A stretch of DNA of 44,175 bases, taken from IMG/VR virus record IMGVR_UViG_3300045988_062919. One strand, given 5' to 3'. Below the pieces are notes generated by a model, which worked only from the letters and a program-made list of their open reading frames with translations, was not told where the DNA came from and ran no database searches. The position numbers and the translations under genes were made by a program. Origin of the DNA: a virus. Shown here piece after piece: positions 24,240 to 34,864 of the stretch (within the stretch, counting starts at the first letter, position 1; every line of letters begins with the position of its first letter).

Positions 24240-24676
24240 GTGAATCGCTGTCCTCCACTGAGGGGAGTGGTGGTAGTTCTGCCACTGCTCCCCTCTCCAC
24301 TTACACGGAAAAATTCAACGAGTTGTTTCCCCATTACCTGTCCTTCGGCATGACCGAGGAGCAGTATTGGGATAAAGATTGTACGCTTGTGGCGGCGTAC
24401 CGTAAAGCGGAAGAACTCAGAATGAATCGCAGAAATCAGGAAATGTGGCTACAAGGCGCATATTTCTATGACGCTTTGTGCCGGGTGTCCCCAATCCTAC
24501 ACGCTTTTGCCAAAAAGGGCGCAAAGCCTGTTCCGTACCTCTCAGAAGCCTATGCGCTCACTGAGAAACAAATTGAACTCCGAGAGGAGGAACACGCCAA
24601 GGGGGTGTACGACAAGGGTAAGAAACTGATGGAAGGATTCATGGCAAGCCACAATAAAAAGTTTGAAGGGAAGTGA
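23910..24676 (+). CDS. Tail assembly chaperone frameshift product (gpGT-like; -1 shift at 24209..24215)
   Basis: The -1 frame ORF (to 24676) has no RBS or start of its own. This is the conserved G/GT arrangement before the tape measure. Confidence 0.65.
24209..24215 (+). promoter_or_regulatory. Programmed -1 ribosomal frameshift slippery heptamer G_GGA_AAC
   Basis: X_XXY_YYZ phased correctly with the gpG frame. The -1 frame is open through to 24676. Confidence 0.7.
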
Positions 24677-24681
24677 GCATT

Positions 24682-27600
24682 ATGTCTACCACAATCGAGC
24701 AGTTGGAGCTTGAAATACAATCTAATTCTACATCTGCCGTTGGCGGGATAGACGCACTTTCCGAGTCTCTGAGACGGTTGAAAGCCGCTACCGCTCCTGT
24801 AAGCAAGGGCGGCGTTGGGCTTGGTGCACTGTCTAACTCTTTGAAGAAATTCAGCCAGAGTGTTTCTGGTTTGACCGGGCTTACTCTTGCAAGGGAGCAG
24901 GTGCAGGGGCTTGTAGACGCTCTCAAACCTTTGGAGAGCGTTCAAAAATCCGGGTTCAATTCTCTGGCTTCCGGGCTGGATAAGCTCGTAAAAATTGCTC
25001 CTCAGATCGACACTGTTACAGAATCGCTGAAAAAGACTGACCTTGATTCTTTCGCAGACCAATGCAACCGAGTTGCTACCGCTATCACCCCTCTTGCCAC
25101 TCAGATGGAGAAGGTGGCGGCTGGTTTCTCTGCCTTTCCTGCCAAGATTCAGAGGTTGCTCAAGGGGAACACGAACCTTGCCGCAAGCAACACTGTGCTG
25201 GGCAAATCCTATGTGAACCTTGCCGCAAAAATCAGTGCGGCTTACATTGGGCTGAAATCCATCACGAGCGTTATTGCCGGGTGGATTACCGCTTCAAACA
25301 GCTACATCGAAAACCTCAACCTGTTCAATGTGTCCATGGGGCAGTATGCAGAGGAAGCCCGAAATTACGCAGAGCAGGTCGGAGAAGTCATGGGTATCAA
25401 CCCCGGCGAGTGGATGCGCAATCAGGGTGTCTTTATGACAATCACTGAGGGCTTCGGCGTTGCGAGCGACCGGGCTTACACCATGAGCAAAAACCTCACC
25501 CAGCTCACCTACGATTTGGCTTCGTTCTTCAATATCAGCACCTCTGACGCTTTCCAAAAGTTGGAGTCTGGTATTTCCGGTGAGCTTGAGCCGCTTCGTA
25601 GGCTTGGTTACGACCTGTCTGTGGCTCGTCTGCAACAGGAAGCATACAACCTTGGCATTGAGAAAAGCGTTACGGCAATGACTCAGGCTGAAAAAGCCGA
25701 GTTGCGCTACTACGCAATCATGACGCAGGTTACAAACGCACAGGGCGATATGGCTCGTACACTGGAAGCCCCGGCAAACCAGCTTCGTATTCTGCAAGCT
25801 CAGGTGGAACAGGCCACTCGTGCGCTGGGTAATCTGTTCCTTCCCATTCTGAAAGCTATCCTGCCGTATGCAATCGCTCTGGCGAAAGCAATCCGCATGG
25901 TCGCTGAAATTATTGCCGGTTTCTTCGGTGTCTCGATTCCTGAGTTTGACATGGGGACAGACGCAATCGGCGGCGTAGCGAGCGGCGCAGGTGAAGCGGC
26001 TGACGGTTTGGGAGATGCTTCCAAAAAGGCAAAAGAGCTGAAAAACGCACTGCTCGGTATTGACGAGCTGAATGTTATCTCTCCCCCGGAGGATTCCAGT
26101 GGCGGTGCCGGTGGTGCTGGCGGCATTGGCGGCGGGGGCGGTCTTGGCTTTGAGCTTCCCACCTATGACTTCATTGCAGACGCAGTGAACGAACAGGTTG
26201 ACAAGATCATGGCGAAAATTCAGCCCTTCCTCGATTGGGTAAGGGAAAACATTGACGAAATCCTTGCCGGTGTGCTTGCCATTGGAGCGGCTTTCCTTGC
26301 TTGGAGAATCGCCAAGGGTGTGCAGGACTTCCTGCGGTGGCTGTCCACCATGAAGGGATTTAACATCACAGGCAGTATTGCTTTCAAAATTGCGGGGCTT
26401 GGCCTGTTCTTGGACGCATGGAACACCATGAAGGAAGCCATTCAAGACATCATGGCGAACGGCCCCAACTTCACCAATGTTACCAAGCTCATAAGCGGTT
26501 TCGCAGAAGCCCTCGGTGCGGCGTTCCTGCTCTTTGGCAATATCAAGATGGCGGGAGCCATGTTGGTTATTTCCGGGCTTACGGGTATTGTCTCCGCTAT
26601 CAGCGACATGGTGAACAACGGTGTGAATTGGGACAATGCGCTGTTTCTGGTGAAAAACCTCGGCCTGTTCCTGAGTGGGCTGGGTATGCTGACAGGAAAC
26701 ACAAAGCTGGCTGGCATTGGTCTGATTATCAGCGGTGCTACGCTCATTGTGGACAACCTCAAAGGATTCCTTGAAGCAATCAGAACCGGCGATTGGTCGA
26801 ATGTCAACATGGTGGAGGTTGCCGCTGGTGCGCTCATGCTGGTCGGTGGGTTTATCCTCACTCTCAAGAAACTGGACGCACTGAAAGACAGCGCAAACGC
26901 AGGTCAAGCGGCAAAACAGGCACTTGAAACGGTAACTGACACAACCTCCAAAATCGACACTACAGTCAGCACCGGCCTTTCTCCCAAGCTCACTTCTCTG
27001 GCGAAAAACCTTGGGTTGGGTCTGGTAGTCATAGCGGAAGTCACAGCGGCGGCACTGCTCATCGTAGGTGCAATCGCACTGCTCGGTATGGAACTGGAAC
27101 AGGTCGGTATTGCTTGGGAACCTGTCATTGCCAATGGTGAGACGGTTGCAATCGCAATCGGTCTTGGTGCGGCGATCTTGGGCGCAGTCGGTTTAGCCGC
27201 TTATGCCCTCGGTACAGGCGGTGCGACCGTTGCGCTGAACATCGGTATCGGTACTGCCATTTTGCTGGAACTCGGTGTAGCCGCTGGACTGTTCATCGTT
27301 GAGATATGGGCTATCGGTAAGGGCTTGGACGAAATCGGTCAGGCATGGCAACCCGTTCTGGATAACGGAGAAGCTATTGCAACCGCTATTGGTATCGGCA
27401 CTGGTCTACTGGTCGGTATCGGCGTTGTTACGGCGGCTCTCGGCGTAGCTACCGTTGCTTCGGCAGGTCTGTTGCCTTTGGCTATCGGGCTTGGTACAGC
27501 TCTGCTTGTGGAGCTTGCGGCGGCATTTATCCTCTTTGTGGAAAGTCTGGTCGCTGTAGCGGACGAGCTGAACTATCGGCTCGACCCGCCTTTGATGGCG

Positions 27601-28863
27601 TTGAACGAAAAGCTCCCCGGCTTGTCCAGCAATATGAGCGATTTCGTTGACTTCATGACGGAGTTTGCAGGACAGGTGGTGCGGTACACAGAGGTGTCCG
27701 CTATCGCTGGCCTGAGCGCAACGATTGACACCATCATCGGCTGGTTTACGCAAGACCCCGTTGAGAAGCTGGCAAATGATGTGGAGAACATTTCCGAACA
27801 GACCTCCAACCTCAACGACAAACTGGCAATCGCTGTTCCTGAGTTGCAGACTGCCGCAGACCTGTTGCAGGAATATAAAGACCTCCTGACGCAGATTGAA
27901 AACCTGTGTGATAGCAATGTGGAGCTATCCACTGGTATGTTTGTCAACATGAAGGAGGTCGGACAGAGCCTTGTAACCGGCTTTGTGGACGGTATTCAGT
28001 CGAAATCCGGGGACTTCAAAAATGCGGCGAGGGATTTAGTAGAGGGCTTCAAGACACAGCTCACCAGCAGTGCCGAGACCTGCCGCTCCACCATGACCGC
28101 ATGGGCTTCTAATGTAAAGAACTGGTTCACGCAGAGCAGTTACGGCGCAATCAACCGTACCACCTTCCAGAACTACGCAAAAGATGTGGTGTCTGGCTTC
28201 GCTTCTGGTATCACCAGCTCCTACAACAGCTCGAAGTCCAGCATGACTTCTTGGGCTTCCAATGTGAAATCGTGGTTCAGCGACATTGCTTCCCGCAGTG
28301 CGTTCTACGAAATCGCAAGGGATGTTGTGAACGGCTTTAACTCTGGTATCAACGACCTGTACTACACTTCCCGCCGCTATATGCGTGAGTGGGCAAATGA
28401 CGCAATCGCCGCATTTAAGTCTGAATTGGATTCCAATTCTCCCTCCAAGGTGTTTGAACGCATTGGCGGGGACACCGTTCTTGGCTACAACAACGGGATT
28501 ACCACTCTTGGAAAGACCACCAAGGGCGTTGTGGACAGTTGGGCAAACTCCTTCACCAGCGTAAGCCCTGTCATGCGGTTTGCGGTAGACACCTCCGCTC
28601 TCAAATATTACACCAGTGATTCGTTCGCCAAGTCGGTATCTGCCGATGTAACAAGCAACCGCAATCTCTCTGTCACCGGCTTTGAGGAGTGCATGAAGGA
28701 GTTCTACAAGGAGTATGTCGAACCCACGCTGTCCCAGATGGCAGACGATATGCGCCGACAGGCTGATAAAAACGAGCAGACCATTGTTCAGATCGGCAAT
28801 CGCACTGTCACTGACGCTGTAACCACTCAGCGCAAAGCCAACGGTTATGTGTTCGTGAAGTAA
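24682..28863 (+). CDS. Tail tape measure protein
   Basis: About 1393 aa, with a coiled-coil N-terminus and long Gly/Ala-rich hydrophobic segments, located after G/GT. Confidence 0.85.
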   Translation: MSTTIEQLELEIQSNSTSAVGGIDALSESLRRLKAATAPVSKGGVGLGALSNSLKKFSQSVSGLTGLTLAREQVQGLVDALKPLESVQKSGFNSLASGLDKLVKIAPQIDTVTESLKKTDLDSFADQCNRVATAITPLATQMEKVAAGFSAFPAKIQRLLKGNTNLAASNTVLGKSYVNLAAKISAAYIGLKSITSVIAGWITASNSYIENLNLFNVSMGQYAEEARNYAEQVGEVMGINPGEWMRNQGVFMTITEGFGVASDRAYTMSKNLTQLTYDLASFFNISTSDAFQKLESGISGELEPLRRLGYDLSVARLQQEAYNLGIEKSVTAMTQAEKAELRYYAIMTQVTNAQGDMARTLEAPANQLRILQAQVEQATRALGNLFLPILKAILPYAIALAKAIRMVAEIIAGFFGVSIPEFDMGTDAIGGVASGAGEAADGLGDASKKAKELKNALLGIDELNVISPPEDSSGGAGGAGGIGGGGGLGFELPTYDFIADAVNEQVDKIMAKIQPFLDWVRENIDEILAGVLAIGAAFLAWRIAKGVQDFLRWLSTMKGFNITGSIAFKIAGLGLFLDAWNTMKEAIQDIMANGPNFTNVTKLISGFAEALGAAFLLFGNIKMAGAMLVISGLTGIVSAISDMVNNGVNWDNALFLVKNLGLFLSGLGMLTGNTKLAGIGLIISGATLIVDNLKGFLEAIRTGDWSNVNMVEVAAGALMLVGGFILTLKKLDALKDSANAGQAAKQALETVTDTTSKIDTTVSTGLSPKLTSLAKNLGLGLVVIAEVTAAALLIVGAIALLGMELEQVGIAWEPVIANGETVAIAIGLGAAILGAVGLAAYALGTGGATVALNIGIGTAILLELGVAAGLFIVEIWAIGKGLDEIGQAWQPVLDNGEAIATAIGIGTGLLVGIGVVTAALGVATVASAGLLPLAIGLGTALLVELAAAFILFVESLVAVADELNYRLDPPLMALNEKLPGLSSNMSDFVDFMTEFAGQVVRYTEVSAIAGLSATIDTIIGWFTQDPVEKLANDVENISEQTSNLNDKLAIAVPELQTAADLLQEYKDLLTQIENLCDSNVELSTGMFVNMKEVGQSLVTGFVDGIQSKSGDFKNAARDLVEGFKTQLTSSAETCRSTMTAWASNVKNWFTQSSYGAINRTTFQNYAKDVVSGFASGITSSYNSSKSSMTSWASNVKSWFSDIASRSAFYEIARDVVNGFNSGINDLYYTSRRYMREWANDAIAAFKSELDSNSPSKVFERIGGDTVLGYNNGITTLGKTTKGVVDSWANSFTSVSPVMRFAVDTSALKYYTSDSFAKSVSADVTSNRNLSVTGFEECMKEFYKEYVEPTLSQMADDMRRQADKNEQTIVQIGNRTVTDAVTTQRKANGYVFVK

Positions 28864-28875
28864 GGAGGTGCGGAA

Positions 28876-29247
28876 ATGTCCTATATCGCAATCAATGGCT
28901 ACGAGCTACCCCCTCCGAAGCGAGGGGTGCGCCCCATTGTAACCACTGTCGTGGACGCTGGCAGAAACGCCAACGGCTCGGTTGTCGGTCAGCGTGTGGG
29001 TCGAGACCAGTACAAGATTGACGGTCTTGAATGGCCTTGGCTCACCGCTGAACAGTGGAGGCAGATTCTAAACGCATTGAGCAATTTCTTTGTTTATGTA
29101 ACTTTCGTAGACCCCGTTACCAATTCCCGGAAGACCATCAAAATGTACCCCGGCGATAGGACGGGAGAACCTTATTGGACAGACAATAGCGGAAAACCGA
29201 CACACTACAGGAATTGTAAAGTGAATCTGGTGGACTGCGGAGAGTAA
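28876..29247 (+). CDS. Small tail component (distal-tail-like, putative)
   Basis: Synteny directly after the tape measure. Confidence 0.45.
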   Translation: MSYIAINGYELPPPKRGVRPIVTTVVDAGRNANGSVVGQRVGRDQYKIDGLEWPWLTAEQWRQILNALSNFFVYVTFVDPVTNSRKTIKMYPGDRTGEPYWTDNSGKPTHYRNCKVNLVDCGE

Positions 29248-29259
29248 GGAGGGGATTTT

Positions 29260-31509
29260 ATGCAGAAGGTTTCAAAGGCATACAAGGAAAGCATGAAATC
29301 CTCTCTCCGGGAGAGAGCATACATCATGCTCTCTTTCGGTCTTATTAACCAAGAAGCACAGGCAAAAGCCACCGTTGAGGAGGGCGATTTTGCGTACTAC
29401 GCAAACGCCAAAAATGTTCTCGGTGAAAAAAGTGACGATACGGTCTACGCTACCCTTGAGGAAAACTTCACCAAGGTGGACGGGTCGATGTTTTTCCTCC
29501 CACGGAGAAACCAGTCGGGCGCATACCTTGACACCGGGATTATCAGCGACAAGCTCCTGACAGAAGCAATTTTCGAGCTTACGATCAACCTCAATATCGT
29601 GGCTACCGATTTCAAGGGTATCACCATCAATTTCGGGGAGAACCACCCTGTGGATTTTGACATGGTAAGCAGTAGCGGACAGGTCATAGAGTTCCGGGAC
29701 AACGACCAAGCGGTTTTCTCCACTGAGGAAGTACTGACAGACACAACGCAGGTGCGGCTCATATTCTACACCATGAAGAACCCTCAGAGCCGGGTGCGTA
29801 TTTACTCCATCCGCTTCGGGTATGGACTGGTGTACTACAACCAAGATGTCATGAGTTCTTCCCTTGAGAGCTATGTGTCTCCCATTGGGGCAGATGTGCC
29901 GCAGATCGATTTCTCGGTACAGCTCAAAAATTACGACCACTATTTCAATGTGGACAATCCCGAGTCTGCGATAAACTTCCTTGAAACCGGGCAGGAAATG
30001 GAAATCTACTACGGCTACCAGCTCCCAAAGACCGGGGAGATTGAGTGGATTCGTGGAAACCGCCTGTTGTGCTCTGAATGGGAGTCGGACGATTACACTG
30101 CCACTATCCGCTGTCAAGACATTTTCAGAAATATGGATTCCGAGTACTACAAGGGAATGTACAACAGCGCAGGTGTGAGCTACTACGAGCTGACAGAAGA
30201 TGTCCTGCGGGACGCAGGAATGACCGATTATTATATCGACCCCCAGCTCAGGACGCTTTTCACCAAGAACCCCATACCGAGGGTACAGCACAAAGAAGCG
30301 TTACAGATTATTGCCAACGCTTGCAGGTGTGTTCTCACACAGACCAGATTTGGCGCTATCCAGATTAAATCCAATTTCGTCCCGGAAGCCACCGCAAGCG
30401 CAAAGACCCAAGCGGCGTATTCCAATGCGGACAAGATTCTGGACGATAGCGTCAAGGACGAATACGCTTCGCTGAATACGAACTACACCACGGCTGACGG
30501 GAAGATGTTCTTCCTGCCCCGCAATCTCAGCGGCAAAACATTCAACACCGGCTTCGTATCTGCGGAGCTGTCTGATGAAAACGGGCGGTTTGCAAGTAAC
30601 CCCGTGGTTACGATTGAGCAGGAAGTGGCCTGTATGTACTACGGCGCAAAGTTTGTGTTCGGCAATGCGATTCCTGCGGAGTTTGTTATCCGCACCTACA
30701 ACGACCGTCAGCTTGTGACGGAGTACACGGTAGGCACAGACGAAATCGAACGGGTCACGATACTGCATATCGACCTTGACGATTTTGACACCATGGAGAT
30801 CGAGTTCACCAAAACAGCAGAGCCGTACAACCGCATTGTGCTGAACAATTTTAGTTTTGGCGATATTACGGATTTCACCATGACCCGAACCGACATGACC
30901 TCCTCACCAAAAGCCATCAAACAGGAGCTTATCAAGGAGGTAATCGTCCCCTGTTACAGCTACCAGAACGGTACACAGGAAGATAACCTTGTCGGTGAAG
31001 ATGTGGAGGTCAAAGCCGGTGATGTGGAAACCTTCTTTATTGGCGAACCCTCCTACGGCTTCCGGGCGGTTCTGGAAGACACGATAGGCGGCGTTACGAT
31101 TGAGGATTGGGGCAACTACTACATCACGGTGCGGTTCAGCGTGACAGGGAAATACCGCTTGGAGATTTACGGCTACCGATACAAAATCGTGGAGCGGTAC
31201 GCAGTCAAAACCCTTAACAACCGGGGTAAGACCATCAAGTGGGAAAACCCTCTGATGTCCGACATTGACATGGCTACCGACCTTGCGAACTGGTTGGGCG
31301 ATTATTACGCTTCCGGCATTGAGTACGAATACGACACGAGAGGAAACCCGGAGATTGATGTGAACGACATCGTGTATCAGGAAAACGAGTTCCACAACGA
31401 CATGAAGGTGAACATCTACCGGCAGACCCTCAATTTCAATCAAAGTTTTTCGGGCAAGGTGACTGCCCGAAGGGTAGGAGGTGCGAAATATGGCTTGGCA
31501 AACCCCTAA
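29260..31509 (+). CDS. Tail tip / baseplate protein with an internal duplication
   Basis: Synteny. Repeated segments FTKVDGSMFFLPRRNQSGAYLDTGIISDKL and YTTADGKMFFLPRNLSGKTFNTGFVSAEL. Confidence 0.55.
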   Translation: MQKVSKAYKESMKSSLRERAYIMLSFGLINQEAQAKATVEEGDFAYYANAKNVLGEKSDDTVYATLEENFTKVDGSMFFLPRRNQSGAYLDTGIISDKLLTEAIFELTINLNIVATDFKGITINFGENHPVDFDMVSSSGQVIEFRDNDQAVFSTEEVLTDTTQVRLIFYTMKNPQSRVRIYSIRFGYGLVYYNQDVMSSSLESYVSPIGADVPQIDFSVQLKNYDHYFNVDNPESAINFLETGQEMEIYYGYQLPKTGEIEWIRGNRLLCSEWESDDYTATIRCQDIFRNMDSEYYKGMYNSAGVSYYELTEDVLRDAGMTDYYIDPQLRTLFTKNPIPRVQHKEALQIIANACRCVLTQTRFGAIQIKSNFVPEATASAKTQAAYSNADKILDDSVKDEYASLNTNYTTADGKMFFLPRNLSGKTFNTGFVSAELSDENGRFASNPVVTIEQEVACMYYGAKFVFGNAIPAEFVIRTYNDRQLVTEYTVGTDEIERVTILHIDLDDFDTMEIEFTKTAEPYNRIVLNNFSFGDITDFTMTRTDMTSSPKAIKQELIKEVIVPCYSYQNGTQEDNLVGEDVEVKAGDVETFFIGEPSYGFRAVLEDTIGGVTIEDWGNYYITVRFSVTGKYRLEIYGYRYKIVERYAVKTLNNRGKTIKWENPLMSDIDMATDLANWLGDYYASGIEYEYDTRGNPEIDVNDIVYQENEFHNDMKVNIYRQTLNFNQSFSGKVTARRVGGAKYGLANP

Positions 31510-31921
31510 AACCGATTGGCATGGGGCTACAGATTCCGCAGGTAATTACACAGGGGACAGGTTTAATGCGGCAGATTTCAACCGTATCAAAAACAACCTT
31601 GACTACCTGCGGGATTTGGCAAGCCGCCTGTATGACGAGTTTACTATCGTCTCCCTTGGGGAAGACCGCACCCCGGCAGATTACTTCTACGCTGACGAAA
31701 TCAATCAGCTTGAGGAGAATCTGAAAACGGTGAACAACGGCTCCCTCAACATGGATTACGGCAACCCGCCAATCTATGTTGACAACGGGAATGTGATGGA
31801 TTTTTACGAACTCAACCGGCTGGAAGGGGCGATTCTCGACCTCTACGACAGGCTCACCAATGAGTTCGAGGGGAGACGGATGTTCACATGGAATTTTGGA
31901 ATGAAGGGAGGAGAACTGTAA
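31490..31921 (+). CDS. Tail fibre-associated protein
   Basis: GGAGG RBS. MAWQTPKTDW N-terminus, paralogous in style to the next gene (MAWELLPVNY). Confidence 0.5.
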   Translation: MAWQTPKTDWHGATDSAGNYTGDRFNAADFNRIKNNLDYLRDLASRLYDEFTIVSLGEDRTPADYFYADEINQLEENLKTVNNGSLNMDYGNPPIYVDNGNVMDFYELNRLEGAILDLYDRLTNEFEGRRMFTWNFGMKGGEL

Positions 31922-32616
31922 TGGCATGGGAACTTTTACCAGTCAATTACACGGACGCTACTTGGAGTGGGCTAAAGCGGTACACCGAAATCCAAAACGG
32001 TGACGGAACGGTCTCGTTCCAAGATGTGACGGTGTACAGCCAGAAAGAAAACTCGTTCTTCGGGGCAAAGGAAGCCAACCGCATGAACGAAGCTCTGAAC
32101 ACCCTCATGTCGATGGTAGAGAGCGGCACAGACCTCTATACCGCCTTTCAGAATTACTTCAACACGCAGAAGGGCTTGTTTGAGGACACCGCAGACGCTA
32201 CACAGGCTGGTTTTACCGCTTATATTGCGAAGCTGGAAGCCGAGGGTGACGGTATCGTTGAGACCATCAAAACAGATTACCGCAATGAGATCACCGCCTT
32301 TGAAAACCAGCAGGAACAGCTATTCAACACTTGGTTTGAGTTTATCAAGAGTCAGCTCGGTGACGATGTGGCGGGAAACCTGCAAAACCAGATTGATTCG
32401 CTCGATGTGAAGACAGACGGTTTTGACCCCCGCAACACCGTTTTCTCTGCCGATGGGCAGACCATCACCGAGACTTACGGCGATAAGAAAATCGAAACCA
32501 CTTTCGTTTCGGCAGATAAAATCGTCCAAAAGCTGTATGAGAACGAGCTGTTGACCCTGACAAAGACCGTCACCTTCGGCAGTGATGGGCTGACAATTAG
32601 CGAGGAGGTAAAGTAA
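31921..32616 (+). CDS. Tail fibre protein (coiled-coil shaft)
   Basis: Synteny and coiled-coil composition. Confidence 0.5.
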   Translation: MAWELLPVNYTDATWSGLKRYTEIQNGDGTVSFQDVTVYSQKENSFFGAKEANRMNEALNTLMSMVESGTDLYTAFQNYFNTQKGLFEDTADATQAGFTAYIAKLEAEGDGIVETIKTDYRNEITAFENQQEQLFNTWFEFIKSQLGDDVAGNLQNQIDSLDVKTDGFDPRNTVFSADGQTITETYGDKKIETTFVSADKIVQKLYENELLTLTKTVTFGSDGLTISEEVK

Positions 32617-34551
32617 ATGAGCTGGGCAGAAGCAAAATGGGTGGTAGATAATATCCTGCAAAAGACAGGACAGGCACCCAACAACATGAGAGCGTTTACC
32701 GCTTTCGCAAAATCCAGCACCACCATTGGGCTGAGATTTCTGGAACCCGAAGACAGCTATGACAGCGCAGATAATCTGCTCTGTTCGGTCGGCGGCGTAA
32801 TGATTCGCATGGGCGAAGATGGCTACCCCGCCAGCACCACCGAAGGTACGCTGGTTATTGACAACAAAGAGCTTGGGAAATATGTGACCGAGGAGTACAC
32901 CGTGAGCAGTCTGACCGAGGGGAAGACCTACTACTTCTCCGCTTTCCCGTATTCCTCTCAGGGCGTGTATAACCTGTCGAGCAATGAGAAAAATCGGGCG
33001 AGTGCCGCTCCTGCCGATGGGGAAACGGCGAATGTCACCATCAACATTGACAATGACAGCGCATTTAACAGCGTCACTATCACCTGCGTGGACGAGACGG
33101 ACGGGCAGTACACCAAGACCGCCACGCTCACCAAGACGCAGAAAAAGGCTTCTTTCACCGTCCCCATCGGACACACCTATCACATCGAGTACGGTGCGGA
33201 GGACGGGTATTCCAAGCCTGAGAACACCGAAGCCAAGGTGTCTGTGGCGGGTGCTGTATCGAACTATGAAGCAACCTACTACTATTTCACCGCCACCATT
33301 GATGTCACCTACCCGGCAGGAGCGACCTGTACCTGCTCCCTCGATGGCACGACCTATACCGCAACCGGCACCAGCGGCAGGTATCAGTTCAAGGTACACA
33401 AGGTCGGCACATGGACTGTGAAAGCGACCAGCGGCGGCGAGTCCGCTTTCGAGCAGGTTGTAATCACCTCGGACGGGCAGAGCGAAACGGTGGAGCTGTC
33501 TTTTGTGAAAATCTTCGGTATCAGCCGGGATATTAAAGCGTCCTCCCCTGTGTGGGCGAGAACCGACATGGCAGTGGGCATGACCGCCACCGCTTCTATC
33601 GGCACAAACGCTGGTCACAGCGATTTCGATGATGTCATGCCTTGGAAGGGCATGGTGCGGGAAACCCTCCCTGCCAACGATGTGATGGTGAAAATCCCGA
33701 AATTTTACTACCGCCGCTATCGTGAGGGGACGGTTGAGCATATTCAGATCGCAGACAAGCCTACGGCTGGTTTCTCGGTACACCCCCTGTTCAATCATGC
33801 AGGTCGGGAGTGCGACCACGCCTATGTGGGTGCGTACAAAACTTCCAGCAACAATAAATCCGTCTCCGGGGCAAGTCCGCAAGCGTCACAGACAAGAGCC
33901 ACTTTCCGCAGTAACGCCAAGGCGAAGGGCGCAGGATGGAGCCTGATTGACATTGCGGCGGTATCTGCCATTCAAATGCTCATGCTGGTGGAGTTTGCAA
34001 ACAACAATGTGCAGAGCGTTATCGGCAGAGGATATTGTGACGGAGACAGCGGCCCGCTGAGAACCGGGTCTTGCAACAGCGTTCCCAACCTCACCGGCAG
34101 ACCTTCTGGCACAGACGGTAAGACCGGCGTTGTCTACAGAGGTATCGAGGACTTCTGGGGCAATGTGTGGGAATGGGTCGATGGCGTGAACTGGAACGAC
34201 GGCACTTACTATATCTGCAACGACCCTTCCAAGTACGCTGACGATACTGCAACCGGCTACACCCAGCTTTCCTTCAAAGGAGCGACAAACTGGGGTAGCT
34301 CCTATATCACTGAGGAGGGTCTGGACACCGGGGCAAATCCCCATGTCATGCTTCCTTCTGCGGCTGGTAGCGGCAGTGAGTCCACCTATATGTGTGACGC
34401 TTGTTGGAGTAGCACAGGATGGCGAGTGTTCCCACGCGGCGGTGATTGGGCTTATGGGTCGTCTTGCGGTCTCTTTGCGGCTACTTTGTACACCGCTTCG
34501 TCTAATTCCTACACGAACGTTGGCTCTCGCCTGCTTTATATCCCCTCCTGA
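32617..34551 (+). CDS. Receptor-binding tail fibre protein with a C-terminal FGE-sulfatase/C-type-lectin-fold domain (the DGR target)
   Basis: GIEDFWGNVWEWVDG motif. The C-terminal ~40 codons are the DGR variable repeat. Confidence 0.8.
   Translation: MSWAEAKWVVDNILQKTGQAPNNMRAFTAFAKSSTTIGLRFLEPEDSYDSADNLLCSVGGVMIRMGEDGYPASTTEGTLVIDNKELGKYVTEEYTVSSLTEGKTYYFSAFPYSSQGVYNLSSNEKNRASAAPADGETANVTINIDNDSAFNSVTITCVDETDGQYTKTATLTKTQKKASFTVPIGHTYHIEYGAEDGYSKPENTEAKVSVAGAVSNYEATYYYFTATIDVTYPAGATCTCSLDGTTYTATGTSGRYQFKVHKVGTWTVKATSGGESAFEQVVITSDGQSETVELSFVKIFGISRDIKASSPVWARTDMAVGMTATASIGTNAGHSDFDDVMPWKGMVRETLPANDVMVKIPKFYYRRYREGTVEHIQIADKPTAGFSVHPLFNHAGRECDHAYVGAYKTSSNNKSVSGASPQASQTRATFRSNAKAKGAGWSLIDIAAVSAIQMLMLVEFANNNVQSVIGRGYCDGDSGPLRTGSCNSVPNLTGRPSGTDGKTGVVYRGIEDFWGNVWEWVDGVNWNDGTYYICNDPSKYADDTATGYTQLSFKGATNWGSSYITEEGLDTGANPHVMLPSAAGSGSESTYMCDACWSSTGWRVFPRGGDWAYGSSCGLFAATLYTASSNSYTNVGSRLLYIPS
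34418..34537 (+). repeat. DGR variable repeat (VR)
   Basis: Gap-free 120-nt alignment to the TR. All 19 differences fall at TR adenines. Confidence 0.9.
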
Positions 34552-34555
34552 GGGT

Positions 34556-34576
34556 GTGGGGGATTCCCTCCCCCAC
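34556..34576 (+). other. GC-rich hairpin downstream of the VR (DGR target-recognition hairpin/cruciform candidate)
   Basis: GTGGGGGA-TTCCC-TCCCCCAC: 8-bp stem, 5-nt loop, 19 nt after the VR end. Confidence 0.6.
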
Positions 34577-34629
34577 ATAAGTGGGTGAACACACCATATT
34601 GAAAATCGAAACACGCTAAGGCGAACAGT

Positions 34630-34749
34630 AAAAGCGAGTGTTCCAACACGGCGGTAATTGGAATAATGGGTCGAATTGCGGTCTCTTTACGGCTAATTTG
34701 AACAACACTTCGTCTAATTCCAACACGAACATTGGCTCTCGCCTACTTT
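34630..34749 (+). repeat. DGR template repeat (TR)
   Basis: Non-coding copy of the VR. Adenine-rich, with AAT/AAC at the positions that vary in the VR. Confidence 0.9.
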
Positions 34750-34864
34750 TGTTAAACGGTAAAAATCATCAAATACTGTTTCGCCGTACCCATTGGTAAA
34801 AAATAGTTTGGAGGGACAGGGTTAGTAGGTTCACTCTCGAAAGCCCTGTAAGAAACAAAAGCAG

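Noticed and set aside
24233-24676. An independent TTG-initiated gene for ORF 24233..24676
   Set aside because: It has no RBS. The -1 frame is already open upstream, and a correctly phased GGGAAAC heptamer lies 18 nt upstream. It is better explained as the frameshift extension of the chaperone.
34552-34864. A second small gene (an avd candidate) or a tRNA between the fibre gene and the RT
   Set aside because: No ORF with a start and RBS on either strand exceeds a few codons once the TR is accounted for, and no cloverleaf-like pairing is visible.
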